From Psammoneis japonica (lineage: Eukaryota), in assembly GCA_008632985.1 (NCBI GenBank), contig QPGO01000022.1, positions 682,001 to 746,000 of the forward strand: a stretch of DNA of 64,000 nucleotides. Direction: 5' to 3'. How positions within the stretch are numbered: position 1 is the first letter of the stretch; each line of letters opens with the position of its first letter. Below, piece by piece: positions 13,540 through 24,346 of this stretch. The notes under the pieces were generated by a model. That model had not been told where the DNA came from. It worked only from the letters and a program-made list of their open reading frames with translations, and did not search any database. The position numbers were made by a program, and so were the translations under genes.

Positions 13540-14040
13540 CTAAAGAAACGCTTCTATATCACGCACAATGTTGTCGGCAGCCTCTAGTCCTTCCCAACGA
13601 TGCAATATCTTACCTCCTTTGAAAAGCACAGCACATGGCAATCCTTCAACATTATACCGTGCCCCCAAGCTCGGCCATTTTTCTGTATCGATCGTGAATA
13701 TCTTGATACCATCTCCCAATGCTTGGTGCACAGAGTCAAGCTCCTTCTTTGCCAATTGGCATGGTCCACACCACTTTGCAGAGAAGCTAACGAGGATGAG
13801 GGAATTAGGAAAGGTTGTCAGCATCTCATCAAAGTTCTTGAATTTGGCAGCGTGCATCGCTGTTGCTGATGATAGAGGTCGTCCGTGTGGGCATTCACAA
13901 AGGGCGTCATGCGTCATATCGTCGAAGCGTCTCCCAACATACGCAGCATTATTCGAACGACTTGATAGGTGTACCACGGGAAGGGATTTAGGGGTGACGA
14001 GCAAAGAGAATACTCCGCAGAGGATTGTTCGGTCAAACAT
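13540..14040 (-). CDS. Thioredoxin (Trx-y-like, probably organelle-targeted)
   Basis: FSAKWCGPC active site, FKNFDEML N-motif, ARYNVEGLP; hydrophobic N-terminal extension. Start codon uncertain. Confidence 0.88.
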   Translation of the reverse strand: MFDRTILCGVFSLLVTPKSLPVVHLSSRSNNAAYVGRRFDDMTHDALCECPHGRPLSSATAMHAAKFKNFDEMLTTFPNSLILVSFSAKWCGPCQLAKKELDSVHQALGDGIKIFTIDTEKWPSLGARYNVEGLPCAVLFKGGKILHRWEGLEAADNIVRDIEAFL

Positions 14041-14536
14041 TGTGCATCGTAAGCACTGCTGTTGGTTGGAGACGTATTGATGACTGATAATAAAGACAAG
14101 AGTCCTCAAATTAACACCCTTGTGTGCCAAACCCAAGACAACTTTAGGTGCACCGGCGTATGGCCCGTGGAGTATGGATACTTCTACTCTCTAGAAGTAT
14201 GTCAACTGTCGAAGGCAATGTCGTGGACGGGTGACGATGAAAGGTGATGATGATGTCGAGCTTGATTGCGTGAGGCAGGGTGGTGATGATGAGTGATGAC
14301 GTGCCGAGTGCCGATGCGACGCTTGAATGTGAGACGTGCGCCTGACGGACGAAGCGATCTTTTTCGCGCGCAAAGATTTCCAGATCCTTTGCGAGCGACG
14401 CCCGACACGAGACACAACACACAACAACCTCTCTAGCCTACTCTACTAGCTAGGGCCTAGCTAGCTACTTGCTACTCTCTCTAGAGAGGCCCTACTCACT
14501 CCTAACACGGGTCTCGGGTCTCGGGCTCGGGTGACG

Positions 14537-16022
14537 ATGAGATCGAAGTGTCAGGGCTATGAAAATACGCATGAAAAAAATTGGAGTGGAAATGTAAATT
14601 TCGGGGGAAAGTTTGTTGTTCCCGAGTCGCTTGAGGCGCTGCAGACAGTTATGCGACATTCACCGCCTCCAATCAGGGTGGTTGGAAGAGGGCATTCCTT
14701 CTCTTCTCTCGTCGAATGCTCGGGAGGCACTCTCGTGTCTCTTGCCAAACTAAATCAAATTGAAGACTTTGTTCCTCCTAATGAATCCAAAACCGGATCA
14801 ATCACAATAGGAGGTGGGACTACGTACACCGAGGTTGCCGCTTTCCTCAAGGATCGCGGTGCTTTGCGGAACCTCCCGTCGTGTGCTCAATTCACAGTTG
14901 CTGGCGCAATTGGGACCGCGACACATGGATCCGGAGTGGCCATTCAGAATCTATCAGCCGACGTGTCCATGATTGAATTTGTCAAGCATGATGGAAGCAC
15001 CGTGCGCTATTCTCGTGCAATTGATGAAGATCTTCTCCGTAGTATTCGAGTTCATCTCGGGTGCCTCGGTGTCGTGTGTCGCCTTACACTGACGTTGTTC
15101 CATTCTACACTGTCGATTCTCGCCGATATGACAACGTACCTTTAAACAATATGATTGAACAACTACCTGAGCTGTGGAAAGGGTGCGATTCGCTATCGGT
15201 TTGGACTGCAGGCTTTGGTCATGGCCACGGTAGTGGTCAATGCTGGTTGACATTTCGGCACTTTCAGAAACATTGGAACGAATCAGTAGGAGTGCCATCT
15301 CATACCCCACCTCACAAACAGTTTCTTGGTCAAACTGGCATACTTTGTGACAGACCAATTACTCGCTATTGCTCAGACGCCAGCAATCCAACTACTTTCA
15401 ATCCTACAGCCAAGCTTCCTTGGTACGATGCCTTAACTCTCACGCTCCATAATGGAAAAGAGACGCCCATGACTGTGACAGACATTCAAGCCGAGTTCTT
15501 CGTACCCCTTGAGAAAGCACAGGAGGCACTGCGAACTGTATGGGATGTGGCGCGCCATTGGACATTCTCGTCACCGTGGGGATACACTGGAAGCAATCCG
15601 GAAAAGGGGCTGGTCGATGCAATGGAGTTTCGCCAAATCAAAGGAGGCGATGGAGGGCTGTTGAGTCCTCACGCAGAGGACTCACTTGGAATTCATGTGA
15701 GTTTCAATGGTGATCCCAGCATGTTGCCAGAGATATTAGAAAAGCTGCCTTTGTTGGAGAAGGCATTACAGCCTTATAAAGCTCGGCCACATTGGGGGAA
15801 GTTGGCCCCGTGACGATTACCTCGCGGCGAATTCAAGAGCTATATGGCTTTGACAACGTACGACGCTTTCGAGATATATGTAATCTTCACGATCCCAGCG
15901 GAAAGTTTCGCAACGATCATATTCATGCGATCCTGTTCAGCAGTGATCTGGCAGACGGTGATCGAGGAACACAGTCGATACCACATACATCTCTGCATCA
16001 TTCACAAAAACAGTTACCGTGA
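14537..16022 (+). CDS. FAD-linked oxidase, alditol/xylitol oxidase / ALO family (two apparent 1-nt frameshifts)
   Basis: NWSGN, GRGHSFS (covalent FAD His), TVAGAIGTATHGSG, LGCLGV, ARPHWGK, DPSGKFRN across three ORFs. Adding one G at ~15090 and one C at ~15808 joins them. Confidence 0.85.
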
Positions 16023-16081
16023 CGCTGTAGCTTTTGAAGCACAATCTTTTATGAAAACTCTAATCGAGATTAAACAATTTA

Positions 16082-17406
16082 CTAGCGTTGCGGACGAATG
16101 ATTAGTCCTGTATCACGATCTGGCTCGGAGAAAAGGTCGCGGAATGACTTGTACGTTTCAACTGTGCCAAACACAATACCAAACAAAATAAGTGCAATAT
16201 CCAGTATCAACTCCCACACTCGGAGCTCCTTTCTCTCGAATACAGAGAGATGAAAGTAGCACGGTATGATGAAGCCCAACAGCGTACAAATTGAGGATCC
16301 CACCAATCCCAAGAATTTTCCAAAGTCTGGGACAGCGTAGCTAATGAACGCTGTCACCAACACGACAAAGGCTCGAAAGAATCTGCCATACCTCTTTGCG
16401 CTATTTCGCAAAAACATATTTTCCATGACTTCGTTCACGGGAAAGAGCATAATGGGGTACGTCAGATACAAAGCCAGACATAGCGCCAGCTTCACGAAAG
16501 TTGCCCATTCGCCAGTCAAGTTGAGTGTCACTGGAGCTTGCGTTTCATCTCCGTAGGCGATGCAGCCGCAGCTTCCAAAGACAGCCATAAGGACGGTTAT
16601 TCCGAATATGACTTTTTTCAATAAAGCTGGAAACCACTTTCGGTCTTCGCAAGATGATTCTAGGGGCAAAATCAATCCCACGCCTTCAAGGGAATAGATA
16701 GAGATGGCCAACACATAGGGAAGGTTTGAAATGTTTGCCGTAGACACAGGTTTGTGCTGAAAGTTGTTGAAGTCTTGCACAAGGACCGCGCTCAGTCCAG
16801 TTAGATTGGCAAGATCTGCGACGAGAGAGAATGGAGATAGTGTCTTCATGTCTCGTGCTTGAACGAGCAGCGCAAGAATAGGCACGCATCCAAAGCATAC
16901 CACTCCCCGATCTATCTGAGCAATGCTGTTGAAATTGGCTGCGATAAAAATTATGTAAGCGGTCGCAAAGCCAACTTGACTGACGACGAGACAAATGTCG
17001 ACCACCTTTTCTCCCACAGGTCCACAATAACTCTCCCCAAGTCCCCATAGCCGTGAATACCCTCGTGTCCTTCCGCCTCGAGTTTCTTCCTCGTTTTCAC
17101 AAGCAGCAGCATGGAATAAACATTTGCCGCAGACACTGCTGCCAACGCCAGAGAACCCAAAAGCCAACCAGAGCGCGAGAATGCGTAAGGCATACCTAAC
17201 ATACCGGCGCCAACGAAGCTGATAAAAATGTTGACAGCCACTTGTTTCTTCGTTGCTGTCCCCGGTCGTTTCATAGCGCCGTGTACAGCGCCTTGCGTGC
17301 TTGGGAATGACTTTCTGTGACCAATGTCTTCATCGTCGAAACTATCATCCAGTGCCAAGGGTCGGAGTTCAAATCCATCATCGCTTTGCTTGTCAAAGTC
17401 ATCCAT
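16082..17406 (-). CDS. Amino acid transporter (Aa_trans / SLC36-like), one apparent frameshift
   Basis: NIFISFVGAGMLGMPYAF..SGW, YGDLG, SQVGFATAYIIF, YSLEGVGLILPLE and multiple TM segments; break at ~17022 (gtggacct versus expected gtgggacct). Confidence 0.9.
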
Positions 17407-17699
17407 TTCTTCCAGCTGCGTTGTTACGTACTGTAGATCTTGGGTTGTGATTGGCGACACTCTCAGCTCTCAGACCACAGACAACTAAGCCCTTCATTGA
17501 GAGGCTGTTTGCTGCTTGCGACGCAGTAATACGGTAGCACCGGTACTTGAGACCATGCGTGCATCCCGCGTCTGTGCTCGATCGCGAGAGCTCGCTTCTT
17601 TTTCGCGGTGTGCGTGAGCATCTGATCACCTTCCTCGCTCTGTCATTCTTTTGGAGAACGACAACAGCAAGTTCGAAAGTCGGGCTTAATCATTAAATT

Positions 17700-18900
17700 T
17701 CGGTCAGTGCAAACACCCAGGAGCACTGCAACCCAGTCAAGGAAATGTCAGCATGCAATGGGGAAACATTTTGCCACCACACCCACACCAGAGTGTGCAC
17801 CTGGTGAGACCACAAGTGCGCTGCCCAAAGAGAGAGCTTTTTCTGCACAAGCTCGGGGACTTCTGCCAGTGGTGCCACCACAAGCATGCTCTGCTTCAGC
17901 AGCACAGCAACACGTGGCAGTGCCAGAGCCTCCAGCATGGCACACCTGGGCCCTGGGCCTGACATGCCTCAATTGCGGCCTCCCAAGTGCTCTGGACAAT
18001 GTGTGCCAGCCGCTGTGCCACCACGAAACTCAACCCTCAATCCCCGCCAGTGGGGGGAGGTCACCCCAAGAGGTCACATGGGATTTTGCCCTGGCATTGA
18101 AGAGTGGTCAGTCCAGGCAGTGCAGTCCTCAGATGCTGCATGAACTCACCGCTGCTGGCTGCTGCACGGCCAAAGCTCAACGTTCTTGAAGGCAGCCATT
18201 GTTGAGCACCTGTGCAGGCCAGCAACCCAGGGCATGCACAAGGTCACACAGAAGAGTCTCAACCCACCCAGCTGCTGAGCATGCCAGGGAGGGGGCTGCT
18301 GCACAGCCATGGGGTGGGAGTGCCTGTGGTTTGGTAGAGAGATCAGAGATCTGGCGCACACTCAGCAGTGCCACACTGCTGAGAGTCTCTGACAGAGATC
18401 ACATGGACCTTGCACCTGCTGGCACTTGCATGTTGGGTGATGTGGCAATGTCAGCCTTTGTCATTGCAGCAGAACCCAAGGATGTGCTGGCACACGCCTG
18501 CATGTTGCCACCCAAGTGGCTGTTTTGCTGTGGAGATTTGTGCGCTCAACCCTGTGTTGGTGCCCTTTGTGGCTGTGTTGATGCTCTGATCTTAACCTTC
18601 TTGATTGCTCCCACGCACAACAGCTCAGTTCTTGCCATGAAATCAAATTGCTTTTTAAGACATCTTCTTGGACACTCATGACATGACCGTCTTCTTCAGA
18701 TCATCTGGCACCAGTTTCTTCATGACAACAGCAATGCTTGATGATTTCACTGTGATCGTTGCGTGTGTTTGTTTGTCCAAGCCTCGTTCGCATGTCGCAT
18801 GTTTCCTCTCTATGGAGCTTGCATGTCAAAGCACGGTGAAAAGGTTCTTGCTGTGGCCTTGGTTTCTGGAGGACTTCCTTGAACCAAGCTTGGTTTAAGA
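17700..18900. repeat. Degraded repeat island, TpA- and CpG-depleted, family not identified
   Basis: Abrupt compositional switch to TG/CA-rich sequence with very few TA; many overlapping Cys/His-rich spurious ORFs. Boundaries approximate. Confidence 0.6.
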
Positions 18901-19078
18901 CGTTCATTTTCACCGACAGCATCACATAGAAATTACGAAACCAATGCGATGGAGAAAGTGGAGGATGCAGTAAATGTAGCAAATGCAATTTTAAAAGTTT
19001 AACACTTGATGTGTAACACCGAATAGTTTGGCAGCACTTCACACCGTAGCCCCAGTCCCAAGAAGCAACATTATCTCT

Positions 19079-19906
19079 TTAGGCTGCCAGCGGCTGCCTA
19101 CTTCTTCGTTGTAGTGAAAACATTGACTTCAAGGATATTATGACGGTGAGATCTTCTTGCTTTCCTTCCCCATCGTTTTCCTTCTTGTCGATGGGGTCTT
19201 CTTCCGTTCCCTTCTTTCTTGTGTGCCTTGAGTGGACGACGTCGTCGATCATAACCATGATTTGGTCCAACTCGGAACTTTCGGGCTCTTTCGTTTCTCC
19301 TCCTATTTGACTGTTAGGTAGGAGTTGCTTCTTCCGAAGTGAAGCGTACGCTTCTTTCTGTTCACGTAGTTGCTTAATGTGCTTGTCTTTGAGCTTCCTT
19401 CTTTCTTCCTCCGCCGCACATATATCGTTCAATAACGAAATTTCCTTTACACACCGATCCTGTGATTCGCTTGACATTTGCTTCTTGAATGATTCGACGA
19501 GACGCCTCTTGTATTTCTTCACATGCGACAAATTGGTTCTAAGCATGTCCATATGGTGCAAGGAGCGGCATAGCTGTGCCTCCAGGGACAGTGCATAGGA
19601 CGGGATCACGTCACTTTTCCTTGCTTGCTTCATGCTTTCTGCGTAAACATGGATTGGTGTGCCAGTCGGTCCATTCTTCTGCCAGCATTCAACAACTCGC
19701 TGAAGGCTGTCTAAATGCTCTTCGGCTTTATGCCTCTCAAGCTCCTGACGAATACAAGTCTTTTCATTATCTGATCTTAGAAGATCCAGCTCGGATTGAG
19801 CTTCTCGGATTTGTTCTTCGATCTTTGCCATCTCCTGGCAGTCCTTGGAATCTGCAACGCCCATGTGATGAGATTCAAGAGAAACTCGGGTTTGCGTAAT
19901 GTTCAT
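19079..19906 (-). CDS. Hypothetical coiled-coil protein
   Basis: 275-aa ORF with heptad-like E/K/Q/L-rich composition and host-like dinucleotide content; no family recognised. Confidence 0.6.
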   Translation of the reverse strand: MNITQTRVSLESHHMGVADSKDCQEMAKIEEQIREAQSELDLLRSDNEKTCIRQELERHKAEEHLDSLQRVVECWQKNGPTGTPIHVYAESMKQARKSDVIPSYALSLEAQLCRSLHHMDMLRTNLSHVKKYKRRLVESFKKQMSSESQDRCVKEISLLNDICAAEEERRKLKDKHIKQLREQKEAYASLRKKQLLPNSQIGGETKEPESSELDQIMVMIDDVVHSRHTRKKGTEEDPIDKKENDGEGKQEDLTVIISLKSMFSLQRRSRQPLAA

Positions 19907-20481
19907 CTACCTTGTAGTTTTTCTTTCCGTGTCTTTTGGAACAGCCTCACTGTATCATGCAAAGATGCTTTCAACTTCGTTTATCGTGTTCGACCCCCTC
20001 TACGAGACGGAGTCTTTCGAACCAGCAGTAGTTCGAGTGACCCCCGCCACTGAGTGACGCCAACAGAAAAACAAAAGGCATTTCGTGTGCAAATCGTGTG
20101 CATAAATTCGAAATTTTTGAGGCATAAATAACAACCTGAGAGAATGACAGAAGTCATTATGTTTATTTTTAAGCCCTCTATTATGTCTTTATGAACATCT
20201 GAAGTTTATATTTTCAATGACTTTCTTAACATCGCCGTTATGACCAATTGAGATTTATGCCGAATTGGTCATGCTATTTATAGCTTTATTTATCGACGTA
20301 GATATATTTGAAATAGTTTCGCACAAGCTCACATTTTGCTTCTTTTTTTGATTCTGCGAGTTTTTCAAACCTGGATTTAAGGTAACGTGCCGCTTTACAG
20401 TGTTGCATAACATGATAAAATTTGCTTTATGTGTACCATATTTTCTCTACACACAATCTATCATCGCGGTTGACAGAATTA

Positions 20482-21474
20482 CTAGCTTGACTTGTCCTTG
20501 ACGGTTGATGGCTCAACCTGTTTACTACGAAGCAACGTCTTAATTCTCTGAGCCTCTTCACCAACCTCCTCTTCAAGGCTAGGAATATTACAGTCCAGCC
20601 ACTTCATCAAGCTGCTCTTTCGGTTTACATCTGCAAGAGTGGTCATCGGGTCTCTGTGCACCAACGCTGACATGCTTCGCTGAAAGAAATTGCGGACACA
20701 AACTCCCCGCTGATCCTCTGCTACTTTATCTCTGCCAACCTTATCTGTGGCAGCAAAGCAGGCAGAACTGTTTTGATTTGTTATATGCGATTCCTCTTTC
20801 TTCTGTTGAGACGAGATATTAAGTGCGTTCAGTTGGCTGTGTAGTTCGGATATCTCGTAGTTTTTCCCTGTGAGTCTCTTGGAAAGGACGATATTCTCGC
20901 TTTCGAGTCTCTGAGATTGCCGCCGGACATCCTCTAAGTCACGCTGTAGATCTGGCACTTCTTTTAGAAGCTCGACAAGTACAGCATGCTCCTGTCGTAG
21001 GAGGCTGACGGCTTCGTTGACGTCGATGTATGACAAATCCACGCTTGCATTCGTAGAATTCAAATCCGTGGAGTTGAGAACCTCGCCCCAGTCGTGCGCT
21101 TCAGAATCATCGGGCTTCACAATTTTACTACTTTCAATTTTTACTTTTGCAGCAGGATGCTTGAGCAGCCACCTTTCTACTCGGTCCACGACTTCGGTCT
21201 TTGCAATGCCAGATTTCATCCTAGATTTTTGTGTCGAAGGTGCCATAGTTCTTCCTAGATTCGTCAGCCTTGGTCTCCTAGGAGGATCAGGAGGGGGGTC
21301 ATCAGGTCTCTTAACTCTACGAGATACTGTATGCATCTCAGGTGATGTCGTACTGTCGGGCATCTCTCTCGATATCACACAGGTTATCAACCGCGGGTGG
21401 GTCTCTGTTCGTTTCCGAGCCCTTCTGCTCTTTGAACAAGAGTTGCTGTTATTATCGTTATCAAATAATGCCAT
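20482..21474 (-). CDS. Hypothetical protein with central coiled coil
   Basis: 330-aa ORF with disordered N-terminus and coiled-coil segment (LQRDLEDVRRQSQRLESEN...). Confidence 0.6.
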   Translation of the reverse strand: MALFDNDNNSNSCSKSRRARKRTETHPRLITCVISREMPDSTTSPEMHTVSRRVKRPDDPPPDPPRRPRLTNLGRTMAPSTQKSRMKSGIAKTEVVDRVERWLLKHPAAKVKIESSKIVKPDDSEAHDWGEVLNSTDLNSTNASVDLSYIDVNEAVSLLRQEHAVLVELLKEVPDLQRDLEDVRRQSQRLESENIVLSKRLTGKNYEISELHSQLNALNISSQQKKEESHITNQNSSACFAATDKVGRDKVAEDQRGVCVRNFFQRSMSALVHRDPMTTLADVNRKSSLMKWLDCNIPSLEEEVGEEAQRIKTLLRSKQVEPSTVKDKSS

Positions 21475-22057
21475 TATCCACTATCCGCAAAGTGGTATGC
21501 TTGGATCGAACGTCATGATGAAGAACGCGAAGGCGGCGTACCGTACCGGTAGAGGAATAAGAGGATGTTTATGCTTTTTCTAAATGACCGAATTTTGAGA
21601 GATGAGTTTCGGTGGATTAAGATGGTCATTATGGGTTTGTCGATGACTGCTGACTTCGGTAGGTGATATGTGTCGACGACGATCACTCAAAACCAGTGTC
21701 ACTTTCATTCAATGCTGCGCCGCGCAGATACTGTACAGTAGCTTAGATTTCATTCGCGCATTACAATCCAGTCCGGCCTTCATGCCTGAGAGAAAGGTGA
21801 CACTCTCCTCGTCCTCAACTGACGTTGCGAAGAAAAAATCCAGGTGGCGGCTCAAATAATGAGTCGTGTAATTTTTAGGATTGATTTGATTTGTAAAAGC
21901 CAGGTATCTCCTACTCTAGAAAGTGTTCGTGCCCACGTTTGGCACCGGGTTTAGCCGAGCTTTCTTGGGCTTGAGGGGCTCACTCTACACTACCCGTTTT
22001 GTAGCTACACTCCCTCTAGAGAGAGCCGATCGACTCACTGCTGACCAAATCGTGCCC

Positions 22058-22977
22058 TCAATCGCTAGAATAGCTGGATGATACCGATAACGATCTACTT
22101 CTACGTTGCTTCTTTTTCCGCTTTTTCGAGTTCTCTTTTCTTCCCTCCTCTTTTCTCATTCGTTTAGCACGTTTCACCCGATGTGATTCTTCTCGCCTAC
22201 GTCTTCGCTCTTCCTTTTCTCGTCGTTTCTCGTCACGAGCCTCTTTGCGTTTCCGTTTCGCCGCTTTCCGTTCTTCTTTTGAGATGCCGTGGTCTTTCTT
22301 TGTGTCTGACTCATTCTTTGCTGGTCGTGGTATTGCAAACAAATCTCTGCCGTGGTCGATACTGTACTCGTTGGCCAATTCCTTGCCATCATACGCATGG
22401 CCAGGGTCAGCTCTAATGGCTTCGGCTTCTTCCTTTTCAAGAACTTCTTTTGGCAAACGATATTTTTCTACATGATCGACACGGATCGATCTGCCGAGAA
22501 TCTGAATTGATAAGAAATAGGGCACCACGCATGACGCATGACGTGAGGAAGGCGTAAGAAAACATGAAAGGCGTGATCTGAATACAAACCTTGGAGCCGG
22601 CGAAATTGTCTACCGCGAGAATACAGCTTCTGGCATCCTCGTATTTGATAAAAGCGAACCCACGCGACTTCCCAGTCGTTTCCTCCCGCACTAAATTGAT
22701 ATCTTCAATCTGAACACAGGTGGCAACTGACTGGTTAGATGTCCGAAACTCGAAAGTATTTCAAAATCTTGCTTGTTAATAAATTCAACACATATCTTAC
22801 CTCTCCAAATTGTGAAAAGATACAGATAGTGTCACCTTCTGTGAGCTGTAGTGGAAGGTTTCCAACATAACACCAAGCAGAATCGGCGTATTTGGCATGC
22901 CACGATGCGGACGTGCCGACGGATCCATTCTCAAGCTCGGCGGCATTTATCCGCTGGATCTCAGCAATTACATTCAT
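22058..22977 (-). CDS. RBMX2: RES-complex RRM protein RBMX2/Ist3/Snu17, 3 exons
   Basis: SWHAKYADSAWCYVGNLP..LTEGD....FSQFGE, TGKSRGFAFIKYEDARS..LAVDNF, ILGRSIRVDHV, basic C-terminal tail. Confidence 0.95.
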
Positions 22978-23601
22978 TGTAGGGCTACGTAAGCTTAGAC
23001 AGTGGATTGGAAATTACTCGAGTCTCGCACGGATTTTCATTGTTGGATTCGACAGCTTCTATCTCGGTGTTTTATTACCGTACCCAGTGCGACGAAGGGC
23101 AAGCAGAATTTTTGTGTGGGCCTACTGAGAGTGAAGAGCGCAGAACGCTGCGGCAGTGGATGACAGACTTTCTTTTGACACCTGCTGTCCATCCCCTGCA
23201 GAGTGGGGTAAATAAGGTTACGCGCTCCGTGTGGAGCATTCCGTTCCCAAGAAGGATTTTTCGTAGCACAGCAGTTGCGAATTGGTTCCTCCTCTTTTAG
23301 GTGGAACTCTCTAGATCGAAGTCTGAAACCGAACGATTTTGGATTGCCGCCCTCGCTACTGTCAGAAAATAGAGCCATGACGATTGCCTGCACCAATCAT
23401 TTTGCTGCATTTTGCGCCGGGCGTTCGAACCAATTGTGAGATGTGACGGTTGTTTCGGTGCGCACTTTTGCGCGACCCACGTGACATGACCAACATGCGT
23501 TATGCAGTGCGTGGTGCTGGTTGTTTTGCTTCTGACCGTTCTGTCTTCTGTGGGGTTTCACGAGTTCATCTGTGCACATTGCTGTTGTCTAATTTGAGGT
23601 G

Positions 23602-23790
23602 CGGTGGCTTGAGCGAAAGTGCAATTGTGCGAAATTTACGCATTGACATGGTTGTCTTTGCTGAACAGTTGGTTGCAACTTGCGCCCATTCCAACATTTT
23701 TCCACGGTGGCTTAACTGAAAGTCTGAGTGCACGAAATTTACGCATTGATGCGGTTGTCTTTGCCAAACAGTTGGTTGCAACTCTCGCCC
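23602..23790 (+). repeat. Imperfect ~103-bp tandem duplication near the left end of the element
   Basis: cggtggctt...gaaatttacgcattga...gttgtctttg...aacagttggttgcaact occurs at ~23602 and ~23705. Confidence 0.75.
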
Positions 23791-23796
23791 TTTCCA

Positions 23797-24273
23797 TCAT
23801 TTCTGTCCGTGTTTGTTCCGTAGGATCCTTGCTTGCTCCTTCTCCTGCTCTGTTGCTCCCGATTCTTCCAGCTCCTTCTCGGTGAAAAACCTCCCACCAG
23901 TCGGTGGTGGTGCTGCCGCCCATGCTGCCTTTGGCTCCTCCATGGTTGAACCATCCCTGGGTGCGACCGTTGTTTCCACATGATGACTGTCCGCTGTTGT
24001 GTTGTCTTGCACAAGTGCAGAAGTGACATCAAAATTTCCCAAAGCAAGGTCAAACGCCGCTCTTGCTTCTTCCAAGGCAATCTCCTCTTCGTCTTCCTTG
24101 TTCATCAATGACTGAAGAAGTTCCGCACGTGTCTGCACCTTTTTCTTGTCCTCACCAGTTTTCTTTGGCTCGTCTGCCTTCTTTGTTTGTTGTTGCAAAT
24201 CCATGTTTTCTCCATTGCTGCATTTTCTGTGACGGTTGCGTTCGCGTTTCTTGGTTTGTTGGTTAAAATCCAT
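23797..24273 (-). CDS. Small charged hypothetical ORF inside the element
   Basis: 158-aa E/K/Q-rich ORF with ATG start; may be non-functional. Confidence 0.35.
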   Translation of the reverse strand: MDFNQQTKKRERNRHRKCSNGENMDLQQQTKKADEPKKTGEDKKKVQTRAELLQSLMNKEDEEEIALEEARAAFDLALGNFDVTSALVQDNTTADSHHVETTVAPRDGSTMEEPKAAWAAAPPPTGGRFFTEKELEESGATEQEKEQARILRNKHGQK

Positions 24274-24346
24274 TCGACGTTGTGTGACGTACGTGTGGAT
24301 TGCTGCGCATTGTGCTGATCTAATCGAAACATTTTATTTTACGAAA

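Noticed and set aside
20047..20403. CACTG...CAGTG-bounded AT-rich segment as a CACTA-type element
   Set aside because: Only 5 bp of inverted match and no target-site duplication.
23305..23320. CTAG as the Helitron 3' terminus
   Set aside because: It is not followed by T on the minus strand and has no convincing subterminal hairpin; CTAG is common in intergenic DNA here. The ctagt at 37361 also lacks a hairpin and is on the wrong side for the Rep orientation.
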